Positions 25,100 to 35,305 of a DNA stretch of 64,000 nucleotides are shown piece after piece; within the stretch, counting starts at the first letter, position 1, and each line of letters starts with the position of its first letter. The DNA lies in contig CAVVNC010000004.1 in NCBI GenBank assembly GCA_963749525.1, positions 7,046 through 71,045 of the forward strand, in the 5' to 3' direction. The stretch is from an uncultured delta proteobacterium (lineage in GTDB: Bacteria > Desulfobacterota > Syntrophorhabdia > Syntrophorhabdales > WCHB1-27). The notes under the pieces are model-generated. The model had not been told where the DNA came from. It made no database searches and saw only the letters and a list, made by a program, of their open reading frames with translations. Position numbers and translations under genes: made by a program.

Positions 25100-26299
25100 T
25101 TGAAGACGATCGAGGAGATAAACCAAAGGATCAAGCAGGGCAAGGCCGTGGTGGTCACGGCGGACGAGATGGTCGACGTAGTGAGGCAGAAGGGTACGAA
25201 GACGGCTGCGGAGCAGATCGACGTGGTGACGACCGGAACCTTCGGGCCCATGTGCTCGAGCGGCATGTTCGTGAATGTCGGCCACTCGAAGCCCAGGATA
25301 AAGCTGGGAGGGGGCACCTGCTACCTGAACGATGTGCCCTGTTACTGCGGCCTCGCCGCCGCCGACGTCTACATCGGCGTCAATGCGCTGCCCGACGATG
25401 ATCCACGCAACAAGGTCTACCCCGGCGAGTTTGCCTACGGCGGGGGACACGTCATCGAGGATTTCGTGGGAGGAAAGAGCCTCAGGCTCGTCGCGCATGC
25501 GTACGGGACAGACTGCTATCCCAGGCGGAAGATCGAAACCTACATCACCCGGGAGACGGTCAACGAGGCCTTTCTGTACAATCCGCGGAATGCGTATCAG
25601 AACTACAACGTGGCGGTAAACGTCACGAACCGTGTCATTCATACGTATATGGGGCTGCTCAAGCCGCATCTGGGGAACGCGAACTATTGCAGCGCCGGGC
25701 AGCTCTCTCCGCTTTTGAAGGACCCCCTTTACAGGACGATCGGCATGGGCACGAGGATATTCTTGGGCGGCGGGGTCGGCTACGTGGCGGGCAGGGGCAC
25801 CCAGCACAATCCCGACGCACCGCGGACACCGGAGGGGCTCGTGCGCGCCGGGGCAGGAACGCTCGCGACGACCGGAGACGCCAAGCTCATGAGCCCCCGG
25901 TTCTTGAGAGGAGCGAGCTTTGTGGGATACGGGGCAACTATGTTCGTCGGGATCGGTGTGCCTATACCCGTATTGGACGAAGAAATGGCGTTTTTCACGT
26001 CGCGGAGCGATGAAGAGCTTGTGGCGCCCGTGGTTGACTATGGAAACGACTACCCCAACCGGATCCCGGCTAGTCTCGGCGAGGTGACCTATGCCCGGCT
26101 GAAAGCGGGCGCCATAGTGGTGAACGACAAAGAGGTATCAGCGTTCCCCGTCTCGAGCTATTCCAAGGCGAAGGAGATTGCGTCCATCCTTAAGGGATGG
26201 ATCGACTCGGGCCGGTTTTTCCTGACGGAGCCGGTTGAGCATCTGCCCGGCCCCGGTGAGTGCCCAGAGACGCAGTTCCTGGAAGAGCGATCCGTCTAG
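25100..26299 (+). CDS. COG1900/DUF39 homocysteine biosynthesis protein (MA1821-type, no CBS domains)
   Basis: 399 aa. I recognise the family from the overall pattern: VVTTGTFGPM, NPRNAYQNYNVAVN, IFLGGGVGYV and IGVPIPVLDEE. TTG start 12 nt after the cysK stop. Confidence 0.75.
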   Translation: MKTIEEINQRIKQGKAVVVTADEMVDVVRQKGTKTAAEQIDVVTTGTFGPMCSSGMFVNVGHSKPRIKLGGGTCYLNDVPCYCGLAAADVYIGVNALPDDDPRNKVYPGEFAYGGGHVIEDFVGGKSLRLVAHAYGTDCYPRRKIETYITRETVNEAFLYNPRNAYQNYNVAVNVTNRVIHTYMGLLKPHLGNANYCSAGQLSPLLKDPLYRTIGMGTRIFLGGGVGYVAGRGTQHNPDAPRTPEGLVRAGAGTLATTGDAKLMSPRFLRGASFVGYGATMFVGIGVPIPVLDEEMAFFTSRSDEELVAPVVDYGNDYPNRIPASLGEVTYARLKAGAIVVNDKEVSAFPVSSYSKAKEIASILKGWIDSGRFFLTEPVEHLPGPGECPETQFLEERSV

Positions 26300-26444
26300 C
26301 CGGTGTTTTTGGCACCCTGAAGCAGGCCTCCCTCAAAGCGCGGGTGGAACGGGCTTTGGAGGGGAAAAAAGAGCGAGCCGCTCGCGGAAAAGGCCGGATC
26401 TCACGATCGGGTCCGCAAAAGGCCGCCGGAACGAGGAGAGCTAC

Positions 26445-27101
26445 GTGAGGATACTGAAGGACCTCTATTTTTATCCCTGGGTCTCCCGACAGGAGAATAA
26501 CGCCAATGCCGTTTTCATTGACGGCGCGGTCCCTACTCTCATCGATCCCGGCCATACCCATCTCTTCGGCAACCTGGTAGAGGCCATGGTGCGCGACAGG
26601 GTAGACATAGGCAGGGTCAAGCTGGTCCTCTTCACCCACGGGCACCCTGACCATCTGGAGGCGACGGAAAGATTCGGCGAAGGCGTGCTCAGGGGCATCG
26701 GCAAGTCCGAATACCTGTACATGCAGGAGGAGGGACGGGAGCTCTTTCTTGCGACAGGCGCCCAACTGCCCGGGAAGCCGTTTCAGATCCTTCTCAACCG
26801 GGGCGAGCTCACCCTGGGCAACAAGACTTTTGAGGTGATCCCGACCCCCGGCCACTCACCCGGCTCTATCTGCCTCTATTATCAGAAAGAAAAGGCCCTG
26901 ATCTCCGGGGACACCCTGTTCTATCTCGGGGTCGGAAGGACGGATCTTCCCGGAGGGGATACGGCCAGCCTTGCGGAGAGCATCGAGAGGCTCGCGAGAC
27001 TCAATATCGAATACCTGGTCCCCGGGCACGGGGAAATGCTGAAGGGGCGCAAGGCCGTGGAGAAGAACTTCCAGCTGATCCTCTCGGAATTGATAGGGTA
27101 A
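26445..27101 (+). CDS. MBL-fold metallo-hydrolase
   Basis: ORF 26235..27101 trimmed to the GTG at 26445, which follows GAGGAG. THGHPDH zinc motif plus downstream GHSPG and PGHG. Confidence 0.8.
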   Translation: MRILKDLYFYPWVSRQENNANAVFIDGAVPTLIDPGHTHLFGNLVEAMVRDRVDIGRVKLVLFTHGHPDHLEATERFGEGVLRGIGKSEYLYMQEEGRELFLATGAQLPGKPFQILLNRGELTLGNKTFEVIPTPGHSPGSICLYYQKEKALISGDTLFYLGVGRTDLPGGDTASLAESIERLARLNIEYLVPGHGEMLKGRKAVEKNFQLILSELIG

Positions 27102-27143
27102 GGCGGAAAGCGCGCCTCTTCGGAGCCTTCAGACGAGCCTCGC

Positions 27144-27172
27144 TTGACAATGCCCTCCACATGGCATAGTAT
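27144..27172 (+). promoter_or_regulatory. strong sigma70-like promoter
   Basis: TTGACA, 17 nt, TAGTAT. Drives an AT-rich structured leader of about 180 nt ahead of the zinc-ribbon gene. Confidence 0.6.
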
Positions 27173-27359
27173 GTGGGAGACCTCAAAAAGGTTATAGTGG
27201 AAACAAGATTTTTCTGTCAAAAATATAGCCAGGATGTAGACGTAGAAAAGGACCCCTGCCCCCATCCTGGTGATTATTGTCGATACAGGACGAGTTGCGT
27301 GATTAACAGGCTCTGTATGGACCGTGGCGATTGCAGGGAAAAAAGGAGGATACGCGCTG

Positions 27360-27548
27360 ATGATACCTGAGGAATATGCGTGCGACCTATGCGGATCTGT
27401 TTTCCTTCCCTTGAAGAGCGACAATGTCTTTTGTCCGAGCTGCGGAAGCAGCCAGGTAAAGAAGGAGATGGGCAGTAACGAGTTGTCCGATGAGGATGTC
27501 TACGTCGGCATACTCACCGGCAGGGAGAAGGCAGCCTTTCTTTTTTGA
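27360..27548 (+). CDS. small zinc-ribbon protein, hypothetical
   Basis: 62 aa from the ATG that follows AGGAGG (MIPEEYACDLCGS...CPSCGS). Confidence 0.6.
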   Translation: MIPEEYACDLCGSVFLPLKSDNVFCPSCGSSQVKKEMGSNELSDEDVYVGILTGREKAAFLF

Positions 27549-27615
27549 AGGCAAACCCCACATAATACCTTACCTAAAGCATTCGCGGCTGCTTGAGCCT
27601 CTTTTGGGACCGCCG

Positions 27616-27644
27616 TTGTAATCGGATGGCGCCGGCCTTATAAT
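27616..27644 (+). promoter_or_regulatory. sigma70-like promoter for trxA
   Basis: TTGTAA, 17 nt, TATAAT, about 100 nt upstream of trxA. Confidence 0.65.
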
Positions 27645-27743
27645 ACTCACACAATAGACCCGACCGGGGAGCATTAGGGAAATGGCGAGGGCCATTCCGG
27701 TGAGGATCAGTCGGTGAGGCTTCACCAACCGAAGGAGGATCAT

Positions 27744-28070
27744 ATGAGCAAGACTTTACCATTGAACGACGCAGACTTCCCGAAAGAAGTAGTGGAATCG
27801 AACCTACCGGTCCTTGTTGATTTTTGGGCTACCTGGTGTGGGCCCTGTCAGACCATGGGGCCCATCGTCGATAACATTGCCGACGAATACGACGGCAAAG
27901 TGAAGGTGATGAAATGCAACGTGGACTCCAATCCCATCACCCCCTCCAAGTTCGGCATCAGGGGCATCCCGACCCTCCTTCTTTTCAATAAAGGAGAAGT
28001 GGTAGACCGGATCGTCGGCGCAGTCCCCAAGGGCCAGGTAGACAACCTCCTCAAGAAGGCTCTGGGCTGA
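27744..28070 (+). CDS. trxA: thioredoxin
   Basis: 108 aa from the ATG after GGAGG. WCGPC active site and full-length thioredoxin pattern. Confidence 0.95.
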   Translation: MSKTLPLNDADFPKEVVESNLPVLVDFWATWCGPCQTMGPIVDNIADEYDGKVKVMKCNVDSNPITPSKFGIRGIPTLLLFNKGEVVDRIVGAVPKGQVDNLLKKALG

Positions 28071-28230
28071 TCGCAAGATCAGGGCATCACGCTTGCCCTT
28101 GCTTAGCCATTTCAAGGCGCCGAAGGGGCAGCTTCACGAAAGGCAAATCAAGGGGTGAATCCTTGAGCCTCATGTGAGGCCTTCGATTCCACCCCTTCCT
28201 TTTCTTTTCCCGTGTTTTCCCTTCAGGCGG

Positions 28231-29762
28231 TTACTTCGGAGTGATGGTCACATGCGCCCTTTTGTCGGGCTGTCCCTCGACGTGAGTTCGATCTTCGTCG
28301 AGATAGTACGTCACCGTGTCACCGGTGAGCCTGTCCTTGCCCTCGAAGACGACGACATCCCCCTTGAGGACGATCTGGTGCTTGTCGTTGTAGAAAAACG
28401 CCTGTTTGCAGGTGGCGGTCCTGTCGGCCTTGACGATCCTGACATTGCCCTCTGCGTCGACCCTCTGGATGTCGTTCTCCTCTTCGTTCCTGTACGCGGT
28501 TACCTTGTCCGAAAAGAGGTAAAGGGTTTGGCCGGGCCCGGACCCCTCTTGCTTTACCACGACATTGCCCTGTGAAGACGTTGGTTTTTCCTTTTTCGAA
28601 GGCTTCCATGGTGTCGGCAACAACGTCGATAGGGTTCTTTTGGTTGGATAGGCCGAAGGCATCTTTCTTGACGGCCCCCGTCTTTGTCCCCAACTTGTCC
28701 CCATCCTCATGGCCGCTTTTCTTCGGTTCTTCCGCCGGGGTTGCAGCTTCTTTCGCGGTCCCTGTCTCCTGGATGGCGGCGCCCTTTTCCGCCTCTCCCT
28801 GCTTGGTACCGTCCTTTTCGTTGTCCGCCGGCAGCCCGGCAACGGAAGGAGCGGCCTTCGCAGCATTTTCCGGAGGGGAACCAACCCCTTCCGCCGGGGG
28901 TGCCTCGATGGGCCTCAGGTCAATCTCCTTTTTCCCGGTTTCCCCATACGTGAGATCGACCGGGGCATCCATGGCGACGACGATGGGAGCCGCGGCTGCG
29001 TGTGGAGCCGCGGCCTGTTTGGTAGCTACAGGTCGCTCTCGGGTGGCGAGCACGGAGTAGTTGCTCTTGGGGTACTCCTGCCTGAGCTTGTCCACATAGA
29101 GTTGGGCCTTCTCGGGATTGTGTAGCTCCCTGTAGTCGAGCACGAGGTAATAGAGGGCCTTGTCTCTGTCTTTGGCCGCGGGGTACGTGTTGAGGAAGTA
29201 CTCAAGGCGCAGGATGGAGGCATTGTACCTGCCCGATTCTGTAGTAGAACTCCCCAACATAGAACTCGCGGGCTGCAAGCTTCTGCGTGAGCGCTGCGAT
29301 ATGCGCATCGGCGTCTTTCGCATAGGGGCTCGCAGGATACCGGTTTTTCAAGAAAGTGAAGCGTTCTATAGCCTTCAACGTAATTGCCTGGTCGCGTTCG
29401 ACGGTAAGAGCCTGCTTCTCATAGCACTCGCCCAAGCGGTGCAACGCATAGGCGGCGTTTTCATCGTCGGGATAGCTATTCACAAAGTCCTCGTAAGTAC
29501 CACCCGCCAACTGATAGTCCTTCTTCTCGAAGTAGGCGTCGCCCTGCTTTATTTGCGCAACGACGGCGATAGGATCAAAGGGGAAGCTCTCCCTCACCTT
29601 GGCAAAGTCGGCAACTGCGTTATCCCATTTCTTCTTCTTCATCTGTTCCACGCCCTGAACATAGAGGTCTCCCGGATTATCGACGGGCTTGACCGCCTTT
29701 TTCGTACAGGAGGGGAGGAACAGAAGAATGATAGATAGGACTAGCAGGCTCTTTCGCATCAT
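28231..29762 (-). CDS. bamD: BamD-like TPR lipoprotein fused to a C-terminal OstA/LptA-like domain, two 1-nt frame breaks
   Basis: Three listed ORFs join end to end. 29202..29762 has the lipobox LFLPSC and TPR BamD repeats. 28319..29323 has the rest of BamD (RYNASILRLEYFLNTYPAAKD...), an A/P/E/K-rich linker of about 130 aa, and the start of an OstA_N-like fold (PIDVVADTMEAFEKGKTNVFTG). 28231..28884 continues NVVVKQEG...LFSDKVTAYRNEE...KADRTATCKQAFFYNDKHQIVLKGDVVVFEG... Junctions at CCC 29231-33 and CCC 28568-70. No stop codon separates the BamD and OstA parts. Confidence 0.7.
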
Positions 29763-29968
29763 CCACTATAACAGAAACTCGAATTTTATGCTAATTTTAG
29801 TATGGCTCGCCCTCTTTGTCAAAGCTCTGTCGGTTTCGTTTAAGTCTACGCTCCTTTTTGGCTAAAGAGGCTGATGAGGCGAGCCGGTCCTTCTTGCCGC
29901 GAGGCGAAGCGGGCAACCAAAAAAAAGGCGTTACTCCAATGCGGGTCGCCCCTGGGCTGAGGGCTGTC

Positions 29969-30589
29969 ATGCAGGAAGCGCGAGATTTCATAGAGGAAGG
30001 CCTTCTCCATCTCGGAATCTCCTTTGACGAAAGAGGGCTGGAGAGTATCGTCTCTTACGTCGGCTATCTCGACCGATGGAACCAGCGCATGAACCTTGTC
30101 GGGCTCAAAGGGAGCGAGGCCGTCGTCCGGAGGCTGATTTACGATGCCTTTTTTCTTTACACCTGCATCGGGCCCCGCCATCGGGTCCTCGAGATCGGCT
30201 CGGGTGCCGGCGTCGTGGCAATCCCCCTGGCCATACTTGGCCGCTCTATGGCGGTCGTGTCGGTGGAAAAGAGCCTCAAGAAAGTCCAGTTTCAGAGGCA
30301 CGCAAGAAGGCTCCTCGACCTTGGCAACCTGGAGATCCTCCACGGGCGCATCGAGGATATGGCGCCTCTCGGGGCCGACATACTTCTGGCGAAGGCCTTC
30401 GGGAGCGCGTCGGATATCCTCGCGAAGGGAGGAAGGCACCTGAGGGAAGGGGGCTCGGCAATGCTGGTCAAAGGGGCGGGCGAAAGGCCTCTCGAGAAGC
30501 AGGGTTTTGTTCTGGAGGAGGTGCGGGTCTACAGATTGCCGAGGGGCCACAGGGACTATCAACTCTTTGTTTACAAAAAGGTTTCATAG
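29969..30589 (+). CDS. rsmG: 16S rRNA m7G527 methyltransferase
   Basis: GidB/RsmG pattern (NLVGLK..., VLEIGSGAGVVAIPLAI). Start placed at the ATG 29969 after GAGGG; ATG 29939 is also possible. Confidence 0.85.
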   Translation: MQEARDFIEEGLLHLGISFDERGLESIVSYVGYLDRWNQRMNLVGLKGSEAVVRRLIYDAFFLYTCIGPRHRVLEIGSGAGVVAIPLAILGRSMAVVSVEKSLKKVQFQRHARRLLDLGNLEILHGRIEDMAPLGADILLAKAFGSASDILAKGGRHLREGGSAMLVKGAGERPLEKQGFVLEEVRVYRLPRGHRDYQLFVYKKVS

Positions 30590-30620
30590 GGGCACGTTTT
30601 TGTGCTAATGTATCTTGACC

Positions 30621-31385
30621 ATGGGCAGGATCATAGCAATAGCCAACCAGAAAGGGGGCGTGGGCAAGACCACGACTGCGGTCAATCTAGCGGCGTCAAC
30701 CGCCGTGGCGGAGCATAGGACGCTTCTCGTGGACATGGACCCCCAATCCAACGCGACGAGCGGCGTGGGTGTCTCCTATGGGAAGCTCAGTACCAATCTC
30801 TATCACGCGCTGATAGGCAAGACGACCTTAGAAAAGACAATCGTGGGCACCGAGGTCTCCTTGCTCGAACTGGCGCCCGGTCATCCCGACATGATCGGGG
30901 CGGAGATCGAGCTCCTCGACATGGAAGAACGGGAGATGGTGCTGAAACGCATTTTGGCCGGGGTAAAGGAGCGCTACCCCTACACGTTTATCGATTGCCC
31001 CCCTTCCCTGGGACTCCTCACCGTCAACGCCCTGGCCGCCTGCGATTTCGTCATCATCCCCCTCCAGTGCGAATATTATGCCCTGGAAGGCCTCGTGCTT
31101 CTCCTTAAGACGATTACCATCATCAAGAAAAGGCTCAACCCGCAGCTGGAGGTCCTCGGCGTTCTTCTTACTATGTTCGACAAGCGGAACAATCTCTCGT
31201 TCCGGGTCATGGAGGAAGCGAGACGCCATCTCGGGAACAAGGTATTCAAGACGGTGATACCGAGGAACGTGCGCTTGAGCGAAGCCCCGAGCTACGGGAA
31301 ACCCGTCGTCCTCTACGACGTCAATTCAAAAGGGGCGGAAAGCTACCTCGATCTGGCCGCAGAAATTTCCTACAACGAGAGCTAA
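30621..31385 (+). CDS. parA: chromosome partitioning ATPase ParA/Soj
   Basis: MGRIIAIANQKGGVGKTTTAVNLA deviant Walker A. ATG 30621 preferred over the listed TTG 30615. Confidence 0.94.
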   Translation: MGRIIAIANQKGGVGKTTTAVNLAASTAVAEHRTLLVDMDPQSNATSGVGVSYGKLSTNLYHALIGKTTLEKTIVGTEVSLLELAPGHPDMIGAEIELLDMEEREMVLKRILAGVKERYPYTFIDCPPSLGLLTVNALAACDFVIIPLQCEYYALEGLVLLLKTITIIKKRLNPQLEVLGVLLTMFDKRNNLSFRVMEEARRHLGNKVFKTVIPRNVRLSEAPSYGKPVVLYDVNSKGAESYLDLAAEISYNES

Positions 31386-32205
31386 ATGCGTAAGAAGGAC
31401 CCTCTTGGAAGAGGCCTGTCAGCCATCCTGAAGGACGTGGACGAAAAGAGGGGGAGTCAGCCTTATCCCCGTCCAGGAGATACTCGTGAACCCCACGCAG
31501 CCGCGCCTCGAGTTCAAGGAGGAGCCGCTTCAGGAACTCGCTGCCTCGATCAAGGAAAAGGGACTTCTCCAGCCGATTCTCGTGCGAAGGAAAGATGGCG
31601 TCTACGAGATCATTGTGGGTGAGCGGCGCTTCCGGGCCGCCAAAATGGCGGGACTGCAGGAGATACCGTCCATCATCAGGGAAGCGGACGATCGCGAGGC
31701 CCTGGAGCTCGCCATGATAGAGAATCTCCAGAGAGAGGACCTCAATCCCATCGAGGTGGCATCAGTCTATCACCGATTCGTGGAGGAATTCGAATACACC
31801 CATGAAGGACTCGCCCGGAAAATCGGTGTCGACAGAAGCTCCGTGTCGAACTACATAAGGCTGCTCAAGCTGCCTGACTGGATCAGAGACCTCATGGTGC
31901 AGGGCAGGCTGACCCAGGGGCACGGCAGGGTGCTCATAACGCTAAGGGATGAGCAGGAACAGAGGAAGTACGTGAAGAGGGTACTCAACGAGGGAGCCTC
32001 GGTGAGGGATCTGGAGAGGACACGCAAGTCGGAGAGTCACCTCAGGCCTTCGCCTTTTTCCCACGTTGAAGAAATTCTGAGGGAAGCACTGAAGACAAAA
32101 GTGCAGGTGACCTTTCGGAAGAACAAGGGAAAGGTCATTATCGAATTCTACTCGCGGGAAGATCTTGGGCGGATAACGGAGGTCCTCGCCGGGTCAGCCT
32201 CGTGA
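31386..32205 (+). CDS. parB: chromosome partitioning protein ParB/Spo0J, frame broken by 1 nt
   Basis: MRKKDPLGRGLSAILKDVDEKRG, then the frame is lost at G5 31450-54. The next frame continues VSLIPVQEILVNPTQPR...IVGERRFRAAKMAGL, the ParB box. Confidence 0.9.
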
Positions 32206-32306
32206 CGATTCCCCGTGAAATTTCATTGCATAAGTAGCCCTTTTCATGTTATGAAAAACGCGCACCGTTCGTTTCTTAGGGCGAGTTGAATCCAAAAGGA
32301 CGAAAC

Positions 32307-32735
32307 ATGCAAATCTACCCTGATTACACGATATTCATACAGTTCGGCCAAGTCCTCGTGCTCCTCGTGTTCTTCAATTTCCTCCTTTTCAGGCCCGTCC
32401 TGAATGCCCTCAAGAAGAGGCAGGGCACCATAGACTCTCTGGCCGCTAAAGGAGAGAGCGACAGACAGGAGGCTGAAGGGTTGGGAAAGGACTACGACGA
32501 GAAGCTCAAGGAGAAGAAGCTCCCCATTCTGGAGGAGAAGGAGGGCCTCGTGAGGCAGACCCACGCCGCCTCCATGAAGACCGTCGAAGAGGCGCGCGAG
32601 GAACTTGCCGGGGAGCTGGCTAGTGTGAAGGACGCGTGCAAGCGCGAGGCGGAGCTCGCGCTCGAATCGTTGAAGGCTCAGTCCGAGCGGCTCATCACCG
32701 AAGTTGTCGCAAAGATCATGGCGAGGGGCGCATAA
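32307..32735 (+). CDS. F0F1 ATP synthase subunit b' (second b-type subunit)
   Basis: 142 aa from the ATG after AAGGA. A single N-terminal TM helix followed by a long charged coiled coil. First gene of the atp cluster. Confidence 0.75.
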   Translation: MQIYPDYTIFIQFGQVLVLLVFFNFLLFRPVLNALKKRQGTIDSLAAKGESDRQEAEGLGKDYDEKLKEKKLPILEEKEGLVRQTHAASMKTVEEAREELAGELASVKDACKREAELALESLKAQSERLITEVVAKIMARGA

Positions 32736-33241
32736 TGTTTGGCGGCTACCTTATCGAACATCATCCGGTAATTGCTTTCCTGATACAGGTCGTCAATTTC
32801 GCTATCCTTGCGGGGGTACTTATCCATTTTGTGAAGAAACCCTTCAAGGCATACCTGATAAAACGGCGGGAGACGGTGAAGGAGCGCATAGAGGAGGCAG
32901 AGCGCCTGCTCAAGGAGGCGCAAGAGGTCAAGGCCCTCTATGCCGAGAAGCTCTCGAAGCTCCCGGAGGAGATCGAGGCGTTTCGCGCACTTGCCTTGAA
33001 AGAGGCGGAAACCGAGCGGACGAAGATCCTCGCCGAGGCCCAAGATTTGGCCTCGCGTATTCGTGAGCAGGCCCGCCTTGCCTACGAGCAGGAGATGAAG
33101 GAGACCTTATCCCGCGTCCGGGCCGAGGTCGTCGCACACACCATCGAGACCGCGGAAGAGGTGGTGCGCGAAAGATTCACGAAAGAGGACCACGACCGCA
33201 TGGTCGAGGATTTCATAACGAACGTCGGGAGCGTCACGTGA
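32735..33241 (+). CDS. atpF: F0F1 ATP synthase subunit b
   Basis: ORF trimmed to the ATG at 32735 (TAATG overlap). One TM helix plus coiled coil, 168 aa. Confidence 0.8.
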   Translation: MFGGYLIEHHPVIAFLIQVVNFAILAGVLIHFVKKPFKAYLIKRRETVKERIEEAERLLKEAQEVKALYAEKLSKLPEEIEAFRALALKEAETERTKILAEAQDLASRIREQARLAYEQEMKETLSRVRAEVVAHTIETAEEVVRERFTKEDHDRMVEDFITNVGSVT

Positions 33242-33780
33242 TACGCCAGTCGATCGCGAGAAGATATGCAAAGGGGCTCTTCGCCGTAGGCGAGAAGGAC
33301 GGGAAGTACGGAGAGTATCTGAGGCAGATGAGAGATGTCTTTTCGGTGATCGATGCCGGGCCGAGACTCGCCCGCGCCCTCACGCTTCCCCTTCTCGAGG
33401 TGGAGAAGCGCAAGGAACTGCTTTCCGACGTCCTCAAGGCCGTGGGCGCATCGCCTGTGCCTTCTGCCTTCCTCGCTCTTCTCCTCGAAAGGAACAGGAT
33501 GCACTACCTTCCCCTGATCTGCGAGGCCCTCGAGAGGATGGTCGACGAGAAGGCCGGCGTGGTGAAAGGGATCGGCTACGCGCCGTACCCCGTCTCAGGG
33601 GATGTGCGGGCGAGAATCGAAGAAGCACTTGGGAGGCGACTCGACAGGAAGGTACAACTGGACATGCGGCAGGATGCGAGCCTCATAGGGGGAATCAAGG
33701 TAGTTGTCGGGGGGTTCCGGATCGATGGGAGCGTGAAAAAACAGCTCGAATTGCTGAACGAAAGCATGCTGAAGGAGTAG
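33238..33780 (+). CDS. atpH: F0F1 ATP synthase subunit delta (OSCP)
   Basis: 180 aa. IARRYAKGLF N-terminus typical of OSCP. GTGA overlap with atpF. Confidence 0.88.
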   Translation: MIRQSIARRYAKGLFAVGEKDGKYGEYLRQMRDVFSVIDAGPRLARALTLPLLEVEKRKELLSDVLKAVGASPVPSAFLALLLERNRMHYLPLICEALERMVDEKAGVVKGIGYAPYPVSGDVRARIEEALGRRLDRKVQLDMRQDASLIGGIKVVVGGFRIDGSVKKQLELLNESMLKE

Positions 33781-33783
33781 GCG

Positions 33784-35289
33784 ATGGCAGTCAAGGCAGA
33801 TGAGATAGCAAGGATCATAGAGCAGAAGATCTCGGGCTTCGAGCGGGGGATCGACCTTCAGGAGACGGGGACCGTCATCTCGGTCGGAGACGGCATAGCA
33901 AGGATCTACGGCCTTGAGAACGCGATGTCCGGAGAGCTCGTCGAGTTCCCCCACAACATCATCGGCATGGTCCTCAACCTCGAAGAGGATAACATCGGCG
34001 CCGTGATCTTCGGCGAGACCAGCGAGATCAAGGAAGGCGACATCGTCAAGAGGACGAACAGGATCGCCCAGGTGCCCGTGGGCGAGGGCCTCGTGGGAAG
34101 GGTCGTCGATGCTCTGGGGATCCCGCTCGACGGCAAAGGCCCCATCGAGGCCAAGGAGTTCCGGAATGTCGAGCAGAGGGCGCCCGGCGTCATCGTGAGG
34201 CAGCCGGTGAAGGAGCCCCTGCAGACGGGCATCAAGGCCATCGACGCCATGATCCCCATCGGGAGGGGCCAGAGGGAGTTGATCATAGGCGACAGGGGCA
34301 CCGGCAAGACCGCCATCGTCATAGACACGATCATCAACCAGAAGGGCAAGGACGTCTTCTGCATTTACGTGGCAGTCGGTCAGAAGAGGTCCTCCGTGGC
34401 CCGCATCGTCGATGTCCTCACCGCGTACGGGGCCATGGAATATACGACCGTCGTGGCAGCCACGGCGAGCGACACTGCCCCGCTCCAGTACCTTGCGCCC
34501 TTCTCCGGCTGTGCCATGGGAGAGTACTTCCGCGACACGGGAAGACACGCGATGATCGCCTACGACGATCTCTCGAAGCATGCCGTTGCCTATAGGCAGC
34601 TGTCGCTCCTTTTGCGACGACCGCCTGCGCGGGAAGCCTACCCCGGTGACATATTCTATCTCCATTCCCGGCTCCTGGAGCGGGCATCCAAGTGGGACGA
34701 CGCACACGGAGGAGGGTCGTTGACGGCCCTTCCCATCATCGAGACCCAGGCGGGCGATGTCTCGGCCTACATTCCCACGAATGTCATCTCCATCACCGAT
34801 GGGCAGATATACCTTGAGCCGGAGCTTTTCTATTCGGGCAACCGGCCCGCAATAAACGTGGGTCTCTCTGTCTCCCGGGTGGGGGGAAATGCGCAGGTGA
34901 AAGCCATGAGACAGGTGGCGGGCCGTATGAGGATGGATCTCGCCCAGTACCGGGAGATGGCGGCGTTTGCGAAGTTCGGGAGCGACCTCGACAAGAGCAC
35001 CCTGACCCTTCTTGCGCGGGGCGCCCGCCTGCAGGAGCTCCTGAAGCAGAACCTCTACACGCCCTATCCTATAGAGAAGCAGGTGGTCTTGCTCTATGCG
35101 GGCACGAACGGGTACACGGATGCCTACCCGGAGTCGGCGATGGCCCGGTACGAGTCGGAGATGCTCGCCTACATGGAGAAAGAGGGAAGCGCCATCCTAA
35201 GCTCCATACGGGACAAGAAGGCGATCGACGATGCGACAGAGGCGGACTTGAACAAGGCCCTGGCCCGGTTCAAAGAGCTATTTACCTAA
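33784..35289 (+). CDS. atpA: F0F1 ATP synthase subunit alpha
   Basis: 501 aa, Walker A GDRGTGKT. Confidence 0.97.
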   Translation: MAVKADEIARIIEQKISGFERGIDLQETGTVISVGDGIARIYGLENAMSGELVEFPHNIIGMVLNLEEDNIGAVIFGETSEIKEGDIVKRTNRIAQVPVGEGLVGRVVDALGIPLDGKGPIEAKEFRNVEQRAPGVIVRQPVKEPLQTGIKAIDAMIPIGRGQRELIIGDRGTGKTAIVIDTIINQKGKDVFCIYVAVGQKRSSVARIVDVLTAYGAMEYTTVVAATASDTAPLQYLAPFSGCAMGEYFRDTGRHAMIAYDDLSKHAVAYRQLSLLLRRPPAREAYPGDIFYLHSRLLERASKWDDAHGGGSLTALPIIETQAGDVSAYIPTNVISITDGQIYLEPELFYSGNRPAINVGLSVSRVGGNAQVKAMRQVAGRMRMDLAQYREMAAFAKFGSDLDKSTLTLLARGARLQELLKQNLYTPYPIEKQVVLLYAGTNGYTDAYPESAMARYESEMLAYMEKEGSAILSSIRDKKAIDDATEADLNKALARFKELFT

Positions 35290-35305
35290 AGGGCGAAGAA
35301 AGACC

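Noticed and set aside
27173-27370. 65-aa Cys-rich ORF (six Cys at fairly regular spacing) that could be read as a peptide precursor.
   Set aside because: Its GTG start lies at or upstream of the predicted transcription start. Third-codon positions are AT-rich, unlike neighbouring genes, and no maturase-type gene is nearby. It is treated as part of a structured leader and kept only as a low-probability alternative.
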